Source: the human T2T-CHM13v2.0 reference genome, Homo sapiens
Strand: one strand, 5' to 3'
DNA length: 64,000 bases
Assembly: GCF_009914755.1 (NCBI RefSeq)
Contig: NC_060931.1
Shown: positions 44,761 to 57,632 of the stretch, piece by piece
How positions within the stretch are numbered: the stretch's first letter is position 1
How the letters are laid out: every line of letters starts with the position of its first letter
Notes under the pieces: model-generated
The model's input: only the letters and a program-made list of their open reading frames with translations
What the model was told of the DNA's origin: nothing
Databases searched by the model: none
Program-made: the position numbers and the translations under genes

Positions 44761-46754
44761 TCTTTTTATTTTAAAGAAAACCTTTTAATTCAATATTCAA
44801 AAACAGTAAAAAAATTGTATTTCTGATATTTTTCAAAAAGACTTTTGAATGGGAAATTCTAGTTATATCCATAAGCAGAACTAAAAACCCTCATGTAGTT
44901 GTCTTCCCTAAAATCCTAGTCATTACAATGTGGCAGCTGCTCCCAATCTCTCTGATTCTCTATTAAAGCTTTCCAAAACTATTTTCTAGAATTGCTGTTT
45001 CTTCTCTCTTGCCTCTTTTCTTCATCTTTACAGTCTTAATAGTAGCATGTAACACTCAGAGAAAAAAAAAGTACATTTAATTTTATACAAACTGACTTTT
45101 TAAAAAACCTCCAATTGGCATTCATGTAAAATCACATATGCCAATAGTTCCAAAAGCAAATATGAGGTTTTTTTAGCAGTGAATTCTAAGAGATACAACT
45201 GTTTTTAACTAAAATATACTTTATTAAGTAAAAATAAAAGCTTTCATTTTACTAAATTTCATAAGGTAGATATCAAAATAATGAAAAAGATACATTTTAT
45301 GTATCTCTTGAGCACTTTTTTTATTATAATTATTTTAAAAGTGACTATATAACTTTATTAACCAGGAAGTATAATTAATTAAAAATTTCTGTTTTCAATA
45401 ATGCTGAATAATGGAAAGAAGCGAAATGTGTTTCCTTAATTTTTAATCAAGCTCTGCCTTTCTAAGGTGTAGCATATACAGTACTAACTGAATGTACTAA
45501 CAGTTACATTCATCAAGACCACATAACTGGAAAGGAAATGGCATACTCCAGAGAATGCCTTAAAGAAATTAGGAGGCCTATGTCATTAGTTGGTCTTTGT
45601 TTTCAATTTTGGATTACATCAAACTTATAAAAACTTATATTTATAATTAATCCATTAAAGCAAAAGCAAAGTTTAGAAAGAGAACATTAATCAGTTCAAT
45701 TTCAATAAGTACACAGATTACATTGGCCAATAAATCATGCAAGCAGCTGTGTCTTTTTTTTAAAGCATTGGTAAATAATCAGTTGGACTGAAATTAATTG
45801 CATCCGTTCTACACACCCCTATACTCAGCAGTGTGAAAGCATCTGCATGCAAAAAATAAATATAAGATTTTGTCATAATTATAACAATATATTACAAAAT
45901 TATTCAGCATGCATAACAAGTAATACATAATAGAATCATAGAATCATTGAGTTAATATGTCTACAGTCAAACAAATCAGAGTACTAAGAAATTAGAATGC
46001 AAGTTTTCCCAAAGAAGATAAATATTTTTCAATGTGTGAAAATTCATATACATACATATATGGGTTTTATTCCTTTTGTGGCATTTCCATAAACAGTTGT
46101 TTTATTTACTTATGTTTCTTAGACTCATCAATTTAATCCAATTACTTCTGATTATAACCCTTTGAAATATGGGTTATATTTTCAAATATAACACAGTTTC
46201 TAGGGTTGACTGTGTGAAATAAGAATATGTAAGTTGTAGATAACACTTCACTGTACTCCATGAAATTGGGATGATGATTGTGAACAAACTTTGCTAATTC
46301 TGAAGAGTTCTATGAAGGTGAAGGGGGAAGTAGAGGAGAGCTGCCTCTGTGTAGTTCCTTCCCAAGCACTCCTGCCATCTTGAGCACCAAGAATAAAACT
46401 GAATTGTGTTGCTCACAAGAAGCTCACAGCAGACAGCTTCAGCCTTTGAGCTGCCACAGAGGACAGGTGCCCTAAGGCCTCTACTTCATCCACTTTGCAT
46501 TTCGGCCAGGAAAAAAAAAAAATTCCACACCCAGAAACTTCCTAAAGTATCCTTCCTCTCTAGAAGGTAGAAATGAGAGAAGGCTGAGACTGTTTGTATG
46601 TTATGGATTCAAAACTATCCCTGGAACTGATTACTCTTTTCCCTCTAGAGACCTAATCAGGACTAATCCTATCAGGACTCACATTCCTGTTTATTTTGGT
46701 CAACCCTAATTTTAAATCTCCCAAACTATTATTATCTCTAGAACTGCTGAGAGG

Positions 46755-46960
46755 CCACGTAGCCTGGACACAGATTCTAGAACCCAATTGCTACTATGAC
46801 CCTGGGTAAGTTGCTTAAATTTCCAGCATTTCAGGTTTTTTCTCTGTAAAATGGGGAAATAATATCATAAGGATGTTGGAAGGATTAAATTATAACATTC
46901 ATTAATCATTTAGAACAATAGCTGACACATAGTATTTCCATGTAAGTATTTATTAACTAA
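46755..46960 (+). mobile_element. MIR SINE
   Basis: TGACCCTGGGTAAGTTGCTTAA...TCTGTAAAATGGGGAAATAATA...GCTGACACATAGTA. Confidence 0.85.
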
Positions 46961-47046
46961 ATAAATATAGTATATCCCCTAATGTGACTCAAGCCTGCCC
47001 TCGATCTCAAATCTTTGTCCTAGGTCTATGAAATTCCAGAATACGT

Positions 47047-47220
47047 AAGGCCAGCTTCACGGGTATGTGATCTTTACAGTCACACACAGGATCTCACACT
47101 TAGAAGGGTCCACACTTGGTATAATGGTTATCTGTCCACATCTTGCAATTCTTAATTTTAAACATGATATCCTGCATTTTCATTTTTTAATGGGCCCCAG
47201 AAATTATGTAGCAGATCCTA
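47047..47220. mobile_element. MER91A-like hAT DNA transposon
   Basis: GGCCAGCTTCACGGG...CTGCATTTTCATTTT...GGGCCCCAGAAATTATGTAGC. Confidence 0.75.
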
Positions 47221-47554
47221 AACAACATGTCATCAAGAGATACCCTTATAACTTCAAACTCACTCTTCTCTGGATATTCTCATTAGCTTCTTAATTTGAG
47301 TCCTGCTGACACTATGTTCCCTACAACAAACAGTATAAAATGGAGGATATTTTTTCTTTATACCCTATATATCATAGTATCACAAGCCGAGAAGTTGGGA
47401 TACCTTCTGCTTCCAATTTTCTTTATCACCCCCACCCATTTGAAGCTTGAACTACTAAACTACACATTGTACCTCCTTCCTACTGTCCATACACTGACCC
47501 ATTCATTCTCAAATTTGCTGGATTCATTTCCTTCCTCTTTATCTTCATCTCTTA

Positions 47555-48577
47555 TTTCTTTGACATATTTTGAAATGGCTGCAGCAGGGGTTACCCAAAA
47601 AAAAACCCAGGGTTTGTTCTCCTGGTGAATAACAAATAACTCTCCAAGAGAATGCAGGTTTTGATCAAATAGGAGTTTTATTACTTGGCACAAGTAAGGA
47701 GAGCACTGGGTGTATTCTCCAAAGCAGTGTCTCCTGGAGGGAAGGTGACAGGAGGGTTTTATGGGGTGATGGAGAGGGGAAAGGGTGCATCATCTCATGT
47801 AGAGGAGGAGTCCCAGTTGTGCAGACGTAGTGAGTCATTATGCCAGCTCATAGGTTGCATGTTATGGTAAAGAAGACACAGCTCTTTCCAGGGTAATGAG
47901 GAAAGTTCACTAGGGTTCATCTACAAATTGTTGGGATCTGTCAGTAACTACTTCTAACCAACTAGGTGACTGCAATCCACAGTTTAGGAAGAAACAGGCT
48001 GCAGGGCAGGAGGCGTAAAACAGGCTGATTGCTCAAATTGATTAAATTCCTATAATCCCTGAAGACCCTCCCAGTTGGCTGACACCAGCCTACTAAAATA
48101 GCCCTGAAAGTTTTTTGTGGGGGAAATTTGCATCTGCAGAGAATCTCCATTAATCCAGGCCTTTCCTAAATCTAGAAGAGATTGAGAATCTGACACCTTT
48201 AAAGGTCTGAAAAGTAACATTTGCCATCTATTCTCTCTGAAGACTGTTACCTATGAAGCTTCAACTACATAACAAGGAAACCTTTGCTAGCCAGGCCTCT
48301 TCCTTTCTTCCTCCCATAACCTGTCTTGCCACTAAAACCTGGTCTACCACCATAACTTGTTTTTGGCCATGCTCTGAGCCCTCATTTCTTTTTATAACCT
48401 CAAGATGGCATATAAGCTTCTGTTTCTTATTGGCGGTTAGGTCTTCATTCTGAAGGCTCCCATGTATACTTGTTAAATACATTTGTATGCCTTTAGTCCT
48501 ATTAATATGCCTTTGCAAGCTGATTTTTCAATGAACCTTCGGCTGGCCAAGTGGAAAGCTTTCCCTTGGCCCCTGCA
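47555..48577 (+). mobile_element. MER34-family ERV1 LTR interrupted by a second LTR (47555-47589 and 48085-48577)
   Basis: ATTTCTTTGACATATTTTGAAATGGCTGC continues as GGGAAATTTGCATCTG...CTGACACCTTTAAAGGTCTGAAAAG...CCATCTATTCTCTCTG; ends CCTTGGCCCCTGCA. Confidence 0.75.
47590..48084 (-). mobile_element. ERV-type solo LTR, subfamily not determined
   Basis: ~495-bp block inside MER34; minus-strand AATAAA (~47677) and TATA-like site (~47757); ends TGACA. Confidence 0.6.
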
Positions 48578-49169
48578 TCATCATTCTTGATAACTTAAGA
48601 ATTCATAGGATGAACCATTCAAACCCTGCCTGTCAGAGACTTTCCTTCCTCACTGCCAATCACCTTTTCCTCCACCAATCCCCAGCCAGTGGTCACACCC
48701 TTGACACTGCATCAGCACTAACTCACCATACCTCAAAAGCTTAAAATTAATCCCTCTCTCCTCTGGCTGCCACTTGCTGTTTGTTCTTTGTTTTCATTCT
48801 CAAGTACTCATTTAGCAATAATTCTTCAAACTTAAATGAAACCTCTAAAACGCTGACTTTGCTTTTCATTATCTTCCTATGTGCTTCTGTTTCCTCTTCC
48901 CCCTTTACCTGGCTTTTAATCCATGTTTCCTAATTGAAGTAATTATCTTTTAATTATTTTAACTTGCTGCTCTTCCCTAGCATCCTCCCCTGGAAACCCA
49001 AACACTGATTAAAAACCATTCAAAAACTCTTTTTCATGCCAATGCCTGAGAAGCTGAATGTAACTGTAGAAAGTCACACACTACGAAGAATAAAATCACA
49101 TTAAATTTATGCTAAAATATCCAATACATAATTAACACTGCCTGACAAGCATATTCTCCCCAGTAGAAT

Positions 49170-49793
<624 letters not shown>

Positions 49794-50254
49794 GAATAAA
49801 AATAAAAAATAAAAATAAAACCCTTTTGTATTTTCTCTTCTCTTCAAACTACTGCACATCACTCCGCTCCCCTTCAATGCAAAGATACTGGGATGATTTT
49901 TTCACACTCACTGATCTTTTTTCCTACTCTTTACTCTTCAACATACTACACTGTGGCTTCTTTCCTCATCACTCCTCAAAATCTTCTCTTCTTTAGGTAA
50001 TTTGTGACCACCATCTTGTCAAATCTACTTTTTGATTCTCCTCTTCCTTGACATTCCCTGGCATCCTATGGTTGGCATTCTCTCTTTCTTGAAACACTCT
50101 TTCCCTTTGGTTTCTGAAAAATCTGACACTTTCCTATCTTATCTTCCTCCTACGTCACTGGCTATAATTTCTAGGTTTCTCTTTCTTCTGAATAGTTGCC
50201 TGACTCAGTCCTTCTGTGTGATCTTCTTGGTTGCTCTCATACATAACATTTCTT

Positions 50255-50366
50255 TAGGGTACCCAACTGTCCTGGTTTGCCAAGGACTGAGAAGTTTCCC
50301 GGGACTTGGGACTTTCAGTGCTAAAGCAGGAGTGTCCTGAGCAAACCAGGAAGTCTGATCACCCTA
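50255..50366. mobile_element. MER81 (hAT-Blackjack MITE)
   Basis: TAGGGT...ACCCTA terminal inverted ends; internal GGGACTTTCAGTGCTAAA. Confidence 0.85.
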
Positions 50367-50869
50367 GATCTACATGCTGATAACTCCCAAGATTATGTTC
50401 CCAATCCAGACATCTCTGATGAGTTTTAGATCTGCTTGGATTGGTAATATTCATTTCAGACTTAAATTTTTTCAAGACAGAACTTGATTTTTGCCTTCAA
50501 ACTCTTTTCTCCTTATGTTCTATCTCCACAGATGTCATCAGTAATTATGGCAAAATAAACTAAAGCAAAGAAAACTAGAAATCTTTTATGGCTCCTTGTT
50601 ACTCTTCCCTTTTCCTCACCCCTGTCCAAGCCACCCTGTCCAAGCCACCATCAGCTCCTCCCTGGACCACAACAACAGCCTCCTAATACCTTCTTAATTT
50701 AACTCCTGTACCTTTGTAATCCATTCTGCACAATATAATCTAGGGTAACTCTGGCTTTAAACTAGAGTTCTTTTGGAAAACATACGTAAAAATTCACTTC
50801 TTTATAAAACATTTTGGTGAGTTTCTTTGCTCTATGAATAGCAACCAAATATCTCTCCAGGACTTACAA

Positions 50870-51115
50870 CAGTGTTTCTCTACCTATCTGTAAAGAGATG
50901 AGTTTGTTTTACTTTTGTTTTTCTATTCCACTGTGGACCTATTTGCACATGGTTAAAAGCAGTTAGCAATGAGATATACCATGCAAGTTTGAAACACCTG
51001 AACTTTTCTATGTCCTGAAATGAGTCCAGTGATCAAGTGCTGGAGTCTCAGCAATGTGAAAAGTTAACGTAAAGGTTTTTAACTTTCATGACCAGAAGCG
51101 GTCCACAAACCAATT
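50870..51115. mobile_element. Possible hAT-Charlie fragment
   Basis: CAGTGTTTCTC start and GGTCCACAAACCA end resemble Charlie termini. Confidence 0.35.
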
Positions 51116-51399
51116 TTACTCTGATCTTAATTTATACAACCCATTCTTTTGCCCCTGAACACAGAGGGCACCCTGGCTTCTCTGTCATTCAAAAGAGCTA
51201 TTAGGTCTATGGACTCAGCTTAGAGTGTTTTTTGCCCAGCTCTCCACAATAAAGGTTGTTGTTATCCTTCAGGTCTCAGCTCAAATACCCTCTTGAGAGG
51301 GGCAATCCCAAACCACCCGTTCTAAATTAGCTGAATTATTTCCTGACTCATCATACAGCTTATTCCCTTTATAACGTATTCTAGGATATCAACATCTAT

Positions 51400-51482
51400 A
51401 TTTTTCCAGCTTTATTGAGGTATAATTGATACATAAGAATTGTGTATTTAAGGTGTACAAAGTGATGTTTTGATACACATAC
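51400..51482 (-). mobile_element. L1MA 3' terminal fragment
   Basis: CAGCTTTATTGAGGTATAATTGA...TTTAAGGTGTACAA...TTTTGATA. Confidence 0.75.
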
Positions 51483-51529
51483 TTTTTGTATATCATTTTT
51501 ATGTTTTAATTTGAAGCTTTTATTATAAT

Positions 51530-51714
<185 letters not shown>

Positions 51715-51946
51715 TAGTTAAGAGGTTTCCCTCCACCCCTATATTGTTTATGTCGCTTTGATGATTTCATTGTTTTATATTTAAATTTTTTATCAATTGA
51801 GAACTATTGTATATAAGATATATTATATAATAAAAATATATTTTATATTTATGTATATACATTTATGTTTAATTGACATATACGTATGTAAATTATACAT
51901 AAATATAGCTAAATACTATATAGAGGGGGAATGAGACAAAGAGAGA

Positions 51947-52162
51947 GGCTTCTGTCCAATTGAACATTTTGCAATGATGGAAAAGTTTTATAATCTGCAT
52001 TGCCTGATAAATTAGACACTAGCCACATGTAGTTTTGAGCACTTTAAAATATGGTTAATGTCACTGAGGAGCAGAATTTTTAATTTTTATTCAATTTTAA
52101 TCAACTTACATTTAAATGTAAATAGTGCTGCTTGCTAGTGGCTACTATATTGGACAGCACAG
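51947..52162. mobile_element. MER3 (hAT-Charlie)
   Basis: CTGTCCAAT...GCAATGATGGAAA...TAGCCACATGT...GTGGCTACTATATTGGACAGCACAG with inverted termini. Confidence 0.85.
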
Positions 52163-52169
52163 ACATAGT

Positions 52170-53570
52170 GAGAGTGGGTCCAGCTTTGTTTCTCTCGAGA
52201 TAAATAGCTAATTGTCAGCCTTGAGTATTAAGTAAGTCATTCTTTTCCCACTGAATAGAAGTATGAATGTTGCCATATATAAAGTTTTTATATACAGACA
52301 TCTATTTTCCAGATTGTTTGTTTTTTCATGGATCCATATGGCTAAAAACCATATTGATTTGATTATGGTTGACTTTATAGTCTGACAAATAATGTGTAAA
52401 GCAAGTTTCCCAGCTTCTCATTCTCCTATATCAAACTTTTCTTGGCTGTTCTCGGACATATATTTTTCCAAGTGAACTTTAATATCATTGTATCCAATTC
52501 TAAAATCAACACTTGATGAAGTTCTATTCGGAAGTGTCTTGAATTTATAGAACAATTTGTTTAAGAATTGGCATTTTTACTGTATTAATTCTTCTTATCC
52601 AAGATCACAGTATGTTTTTCCATAGTTCAGATGTTATATTATGTTCATCAATAAGATTTCTCAGACACTTCTGCATAGATCCTGTTTCCTTTTTTAAATT
52701 ATCTATAAGGATATTATGTTGTTTATTGTAAATAGAGTGTTTTTCAATTTTCATTGTTATTTGCTTACAGATAATATAGACAAAATGGTTGATCTGTACT
52801 TATTTGTCATGTTTCTATCCTAACAAATTCACTTATTCAAGGTTTTATTCACTGGTATTGATTTTAACAAGAATCTTGGGAGTTTAGACATACAGTGTTA
52901 TTATAAGAAAAAAATCTAATTTTCCAATGTTTACACTGACTTTAATTTTCTTAGTTCACCATATCAAAGTAATGGTGGTAGTGGAAATTCTAACCTATTT
53001 TTCATATTAATTAAAATGAGAGTTCTGTGATTTAGAACCATAACTAGATCTGATTTGTGGTAAATTATTTTGGTGGATTCTGTAGTACATTTTTATCCCT
53101 AGAATTTTTATTTAACATGCTTATTAAATATTACATAATCTTTTCAGGATTAGTTGATATCATATGGTTTTGATTTTTATAGATCGATACAAACAATTTT
53201 ACTGATAAATTCTGATTATTTGGAAATCTTTTATTTTACAACTATTTTCACATTTGTACTTATATGTGAAGTTAAGCTATACTTTTGGGTGTTTTCTAAC
53301 TTCATAAGGCTTTATATTAAATTTTTTCTGAATAGTCTGTAATAGCATAAGTAACTTGGAAATTATCTAGCTTTTAAAGTTTTGATAGAACTCAGCTGTG
53401 ACAATCTGTAGTCCTTGTTACTTTTGTTAGTGATAGATTTTTAACTTTCTCAATCACTTTTATGATTATTGGGGTTTTTTTAACTTTCTTTTGGATCATT
53501 TTGGAAATGTACATTATGTTAGAAAAACATATTTTATCTAGGTTTTCAAATTTGTTGCCAAAGAATCTTC
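52170..53570 (-). mobile_element. Ancient L1M ORF2 remnant
   Basis: T-rich; GAATTGGCATTTTTACTGTATTAATTCTTCTTATCCAAGA and TCTAGGTTTTCAAATTTGTTG resemble antisense L1M ORF2. Confidence 0.7.
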
Positions 53571-54175
53571 TTTAATTGCATTTCTCTAGTTATACCTCAT
53601 ATTTCATTCCCTCTCTTGTATGTTCTTTTAACCAGACTTCTTTTTTGTGCTTCTCAAATCACACATCCTTTGAGATTACATTTCCCCTTCGGGGAGTCCT
53701 GAGACTGACAGGAACTGAGATGATCCCATGCGGGCTTTCCCTCACGCATGGCACTTATCCTGTGTGCGGACTCAACCAGTGCGCCCTTTGCTTTGAGAAC
53801 CTCTGAAGACAAGAGCCACTCCCATGTTCCCTCTCCCTGACTCATCTATCAGCTGCAGCCAGTCACTCAATTGTGACCCTTAGATTTAACAGATTGCACC
53901 CAGAAGCCAGTCTATTGTGTCTCCCCTAATCTGCCATGGATTCCCATCAAGCTCTCAGCTCTAAAGCTCTTCCTTTAGATCTGAAGTGAAGAATAAAGCA
54001 CATTCCCACCCTCTGCTTTTTTATCTTGTACTCACAGCACAGCTATTTCCAAACAGTTTCACTCTCTAAGTTATAATAGCAGTTCAGTCTCAGAAAACTG
54101 AAATGACTCTAGCAGTTATAAGTAGAAAAAGGATCAATTTATTTAATTACTGCTTACCAAATTTTGGCAAGGTGG

Positions 54176-54553
54176 TGATATGGTTTGGATTTATGTCCCC
54201 GCTCAAATCTCATGTTGACTTGTAATCCTCAGTGTTGGAGGAGGGGCCTGGTGGGAGGTGACTGGATCATGGCAGCAGATTTCCCTCTTGCTGTTCTCAT
54301 GATAGTGAGTGAGTTCTCAGGAGATCTGGTTTTAAAGTGTGTAGCACCTCCCCCTTCACCCTCTTTCTCCTGCTCCAGCCATGTAGGATCTGTCTGCTTC
54401 CACTTCGTCCTGCACCATGATTGTAAGTTTCCTAGGCCTCCCAGCCATTTTCCTGTACAGCTTGTGGAAGCATGAGCCAATTAAACCTCTTTTCTTTATA
54501 AATTACCCAGTCTCGGGTCATTCTTTATAGCAATATGAGAAAGAACTAATACA
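54176..54553 (+). mobile_element. MSTA-like MaLR solo LTR
   Basis: TGATATGGTTTGG...AAATCTCATGTTG...GCTGTTCTCATGATAGTGAGTGAGTTCTC...AATTAAACCTCTTTTCTTTATAAATTACCCAGTCTC...ACTAATACA. Confidence 0.92.
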
Positions 54554-54659
54554 TGGTGAAACAGCCTCTGAATTGGCCTGCAGGATTGACTCCCAGGCAA
54601 CTGGAGAAATGACCCATCAGAAATTGGCCACTTGTGCTACGACCAGGAAACAACCAAAA

Positions 54660-55030
54660 CTATGTATCAGGTTCTACTGTAATTCCTGAGGATGCAATAG
54701 TGAACAAAACAAACAAGTTTCTGTAGTAACAAAACTTTACTTTTAGGAGTAGAGTGGGGATGAGAGTCAGGGAGAGAGAAAGGTAAATATGTAAAATATA
54801 TATTATGTTGGAGGCTGATGATTGCTATCAAGACACAAAGCAAAGGAGGTTTGCAATATCGAATAGATTAAAGGAGGGAAGAAAGCAAGATATGTTAATA
54901 GAGAGGGAAAGAAAGTCCCAGAAGGAGGAAGAATACCTGGCATGTTAAAGAAATAAGGAGGCCAATGGGGTTAAAGCAGAGTAAGCGAAGAGTTAAGTCA
55001 TAATAAAGTGTAGTCACAAGGTGATGAAAG
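54660..55030 (-). mobile_element. L2 remnant
   Basis: GGATGCAATAGTGAACAAAAC..., AAGGAGGCCAATG...AGCAGAGTAAG. Confidence 0.6.
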
Positions 55031-55059
55031 TAGGGGGTCATAAAAACCAAGAACCCTTA

Positions 55060-56050
55060 TTGGGGCTGCAAAGCAGGTTCACCAATTACCAATCCTAAGG
55101 GAAGACACCCACTCAATGTAGGATGGCGAAGATCATCGCTACGGAACCACCAGGAATATGAATCCAAACACCTCTGCCCACTGCATTTTGGGCTACAGTT
55201 TTACTAATTGCCTGAGTCCAGTGAGACAGATCTCACTCACATGCAACAAGTTATACGAGCAGATTTATTACTTACAGACAGGCAGTAAAGGGAAAGAAGA
55301 AGTTTCAGATCCATTGTGAGCCAGTCACTCAACTGCCTGGGATAGATAGAGTCTACTGAACTTGCTTTGCTTGTGCCATAGCTGAGGGAACTTAAAGACA
55401 GTCTGCCCAGCTTATACACCTCAGGGGCTACATTAGTGGTCCCCAAACTTTTTGGCACCAGGGACCGGTTTCACGGAAGACAATTTTTCCATGAACCAGT
55501 GGGGTGTGGGGAAGGGATGGTTTCAGGATGAAACCGCAACTGTTCCACCTCAGATCATCAGGCATTAGTTAGATTCTCACAAGGAATGCACAACCTTGAT
55601 CCCTCACGTGCACAGGTCACAGTAGGGTTCGCGCTTCTGTGGAATCTCATGCAGCTGCTGATCTGATAGGAGGCAGAACTCAGGTGGTTATGGTCATTTG
55701 CCCGCTGCTCACCTCCTGCTGTTTGGTCTGGCTCCCAACAGGTCACGGATCAGTACCGGTCTGCCGCCAAGGGATTGGAGACTCCTGGGCTACATGACCC
55801 ACTGGGAAAAGCTTTGAAGGACATTTTCTTTCCAGGGGAGAAAGGAACAAAGCCTCAGATTCCCTGGGCATCTCCTCCCTAACTGAAGATATTACATTCC
55901 CTAGGAGGGACAGGAACAAGTCCCAAGCCATTTCAGGCAATTCCTTACTATCTTAAGATATTGTATTCCCAGCACATTCTATGGTTATTCTGAAAGCTGC
56001 ATGCAGGAAGTAGGTGAAGAACTGGGTCCGTGCAAGACCACCCAGAAAAC
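55060..56050 (-). mobile_element. ERV LTR (possibly LTR47-like) interrupted by MER1B
   Basis: TGAGTCCAGTGAGACAGA...TTTATTACTTACAGA (minus AATAAA), TTATAC (minus TATA); resumes after the MER1B TSD; subfamily and ends uncertain. Confidence 0.55.
55434..55787. mobile_element. MER1B (hAT-Charlie)
   Basis: GGTCCCCAAACTTTTTGGCACCAGGGACCGGTTTC...CACCTCAGATCATCAGGCATTAG; perfect 8-bp TSD GGCTACAT at 55426-55433 and 55788-55795. Confidence 0.93.
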
Positions 56051-56089
56051 TGCCCTGCAGGGACAAGAGATGCAGGATCACCAGCTGAC

Positions 56090-56171
56090 CCTGAGGTGGG
56101 AGAATATCCCGGGGCCAGCAATTCAAGACCAGCCTGAGCAACATAGCAAAACCTGTGGCTCAGAAAAAAAA
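56090..56171 (+). mobile_element. FLAM/AluJ monomer fragment
   Basis: CTGAGGTGGGAGAAT...TTCAAGACCAGCCTGAGCAACATAGCAAAACC plus A-run. Confidence 0.75.
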
Positions 56172-56288
56172 GGAAATAGAGAGAAAATCTTCCATTGTCT
56201 CATTGTTACCCTGGACTTCTACCCATGGCATCCATACTGAGGACTGAAAGCGTGCACTTGCTCGTTCTTGCATTTAAAAAAAAAAAAA

Positions 56289-56576
<288 letters not shown>

Positions 56577-56699
56577 GAACTGTCAGAATGGTCCCAGTCC
56601 AGACCCACACTTTATCTGCTCAAAATTTTGTTCCTTTTTGGGGAAGAGGGAAACAGAGGTTCCAAACCTCTGTGGGATATCTTAAAGTAAGAAAAGGAG

Positions 56700-56920
56700 G
56701 AAATGTAAGCTAGCATTGATTTAGCACCTAGAATGTGTCACGCATCAGGCTAGGAACTTCCATCTTATCTAATCCTTGTAACTCTTCCACAAGGTAGATC
56801 ATATTAATTTCATTTATGTATGAAGAACCCTGATTCAGAGAGAAGATAAGAAATTTCTCAGGATCACTCAGTGTCAATGCAAGTCTGTCTGAACCCAAGC
56901 CCCACGGTTTCGCCATTTAA
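56700..56920 (-). mobile_element. MIR SINE
   Basis: CTAATCCTTGTAACTCT...AAGGTAG...CATTTATGTATGAAGAACCCTGA...AAGTCTGTCTGA. Confidence 0.7.
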
Positions 56921-57028
56921 CTATTTTTACCCTTGAAATATCATTACTTATCTCAACAGACTGACACACATAAGTATGTGTGAACATATTTTAATTAAAT
57001 ATTTTTTATATTTTCTGCATGTACTATC

Positions 57029-57324
57029 TTTTTTTTTTTTTTAGACAGAGTCTTGCTCTGTCACCCAGACTAGAGTGCAGTGGCATGATCTCGGCTCACT
57101 GCAACCTCTGCCTCCCGGGTTCAAGCAATTCTCCTGCCTCAATTCTCAGCCTCCCAAGTAGCTGGGATTACAGGCCCTCACCACCATGCCTAGCTAATTT
57201 TTTTTTTTTTTTAGAGATGGGTTTTTGCCACGTTGGTCAGGCTGGTCTTGAACTCCTCAGGTGATCCACCTGCCTCAGCCTCCCGAGGTGCTGGGATTAC
57301 AGGCATGAGCCACAGTGCCCGGCC
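57029..57324 (-). mobile_element. AluSx/Sz-like
   Basis: Antisense Alu with a CAATTCTC micro-duplication; degenerate TSD TGCATG(T)ACT(A/G)TCTT. Confidence 0.92.
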
Positions 57325-57493
57325 TGCATGACTGTCTTTTGGGATAATGTTCCACATCTCTCAGCCAGTTTCTCTGACAATAAACGGTGGAGTGGACCTT
57401 AGAATCCAGGAGTGGCTGTCTCCAAAGCATATGTTTTCACTATACTATACCATTTTCTATAGCGAAATACAAATGATTTTGGATTGACTAAGC

Positions 57494-57632
57494 CTCAGTT
57501 CCCCTTTGTCAATATATATATGATTAAGGGTTGATATTCTTATCAACTCAACTCAGTTCCCCTTTATCTATCTATATCTATATATATATATATATATATT
57601 CATATCTATCTATCTAATTAAGGGTTGGTATT
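57494..57632. repeat. Local duplication with (TA)/(TATC) microsatellite in the second copy
   Basis: CTCAGTTCCCCTTT...ATTAAGGGTTG present twice. Confidence 0.85.
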
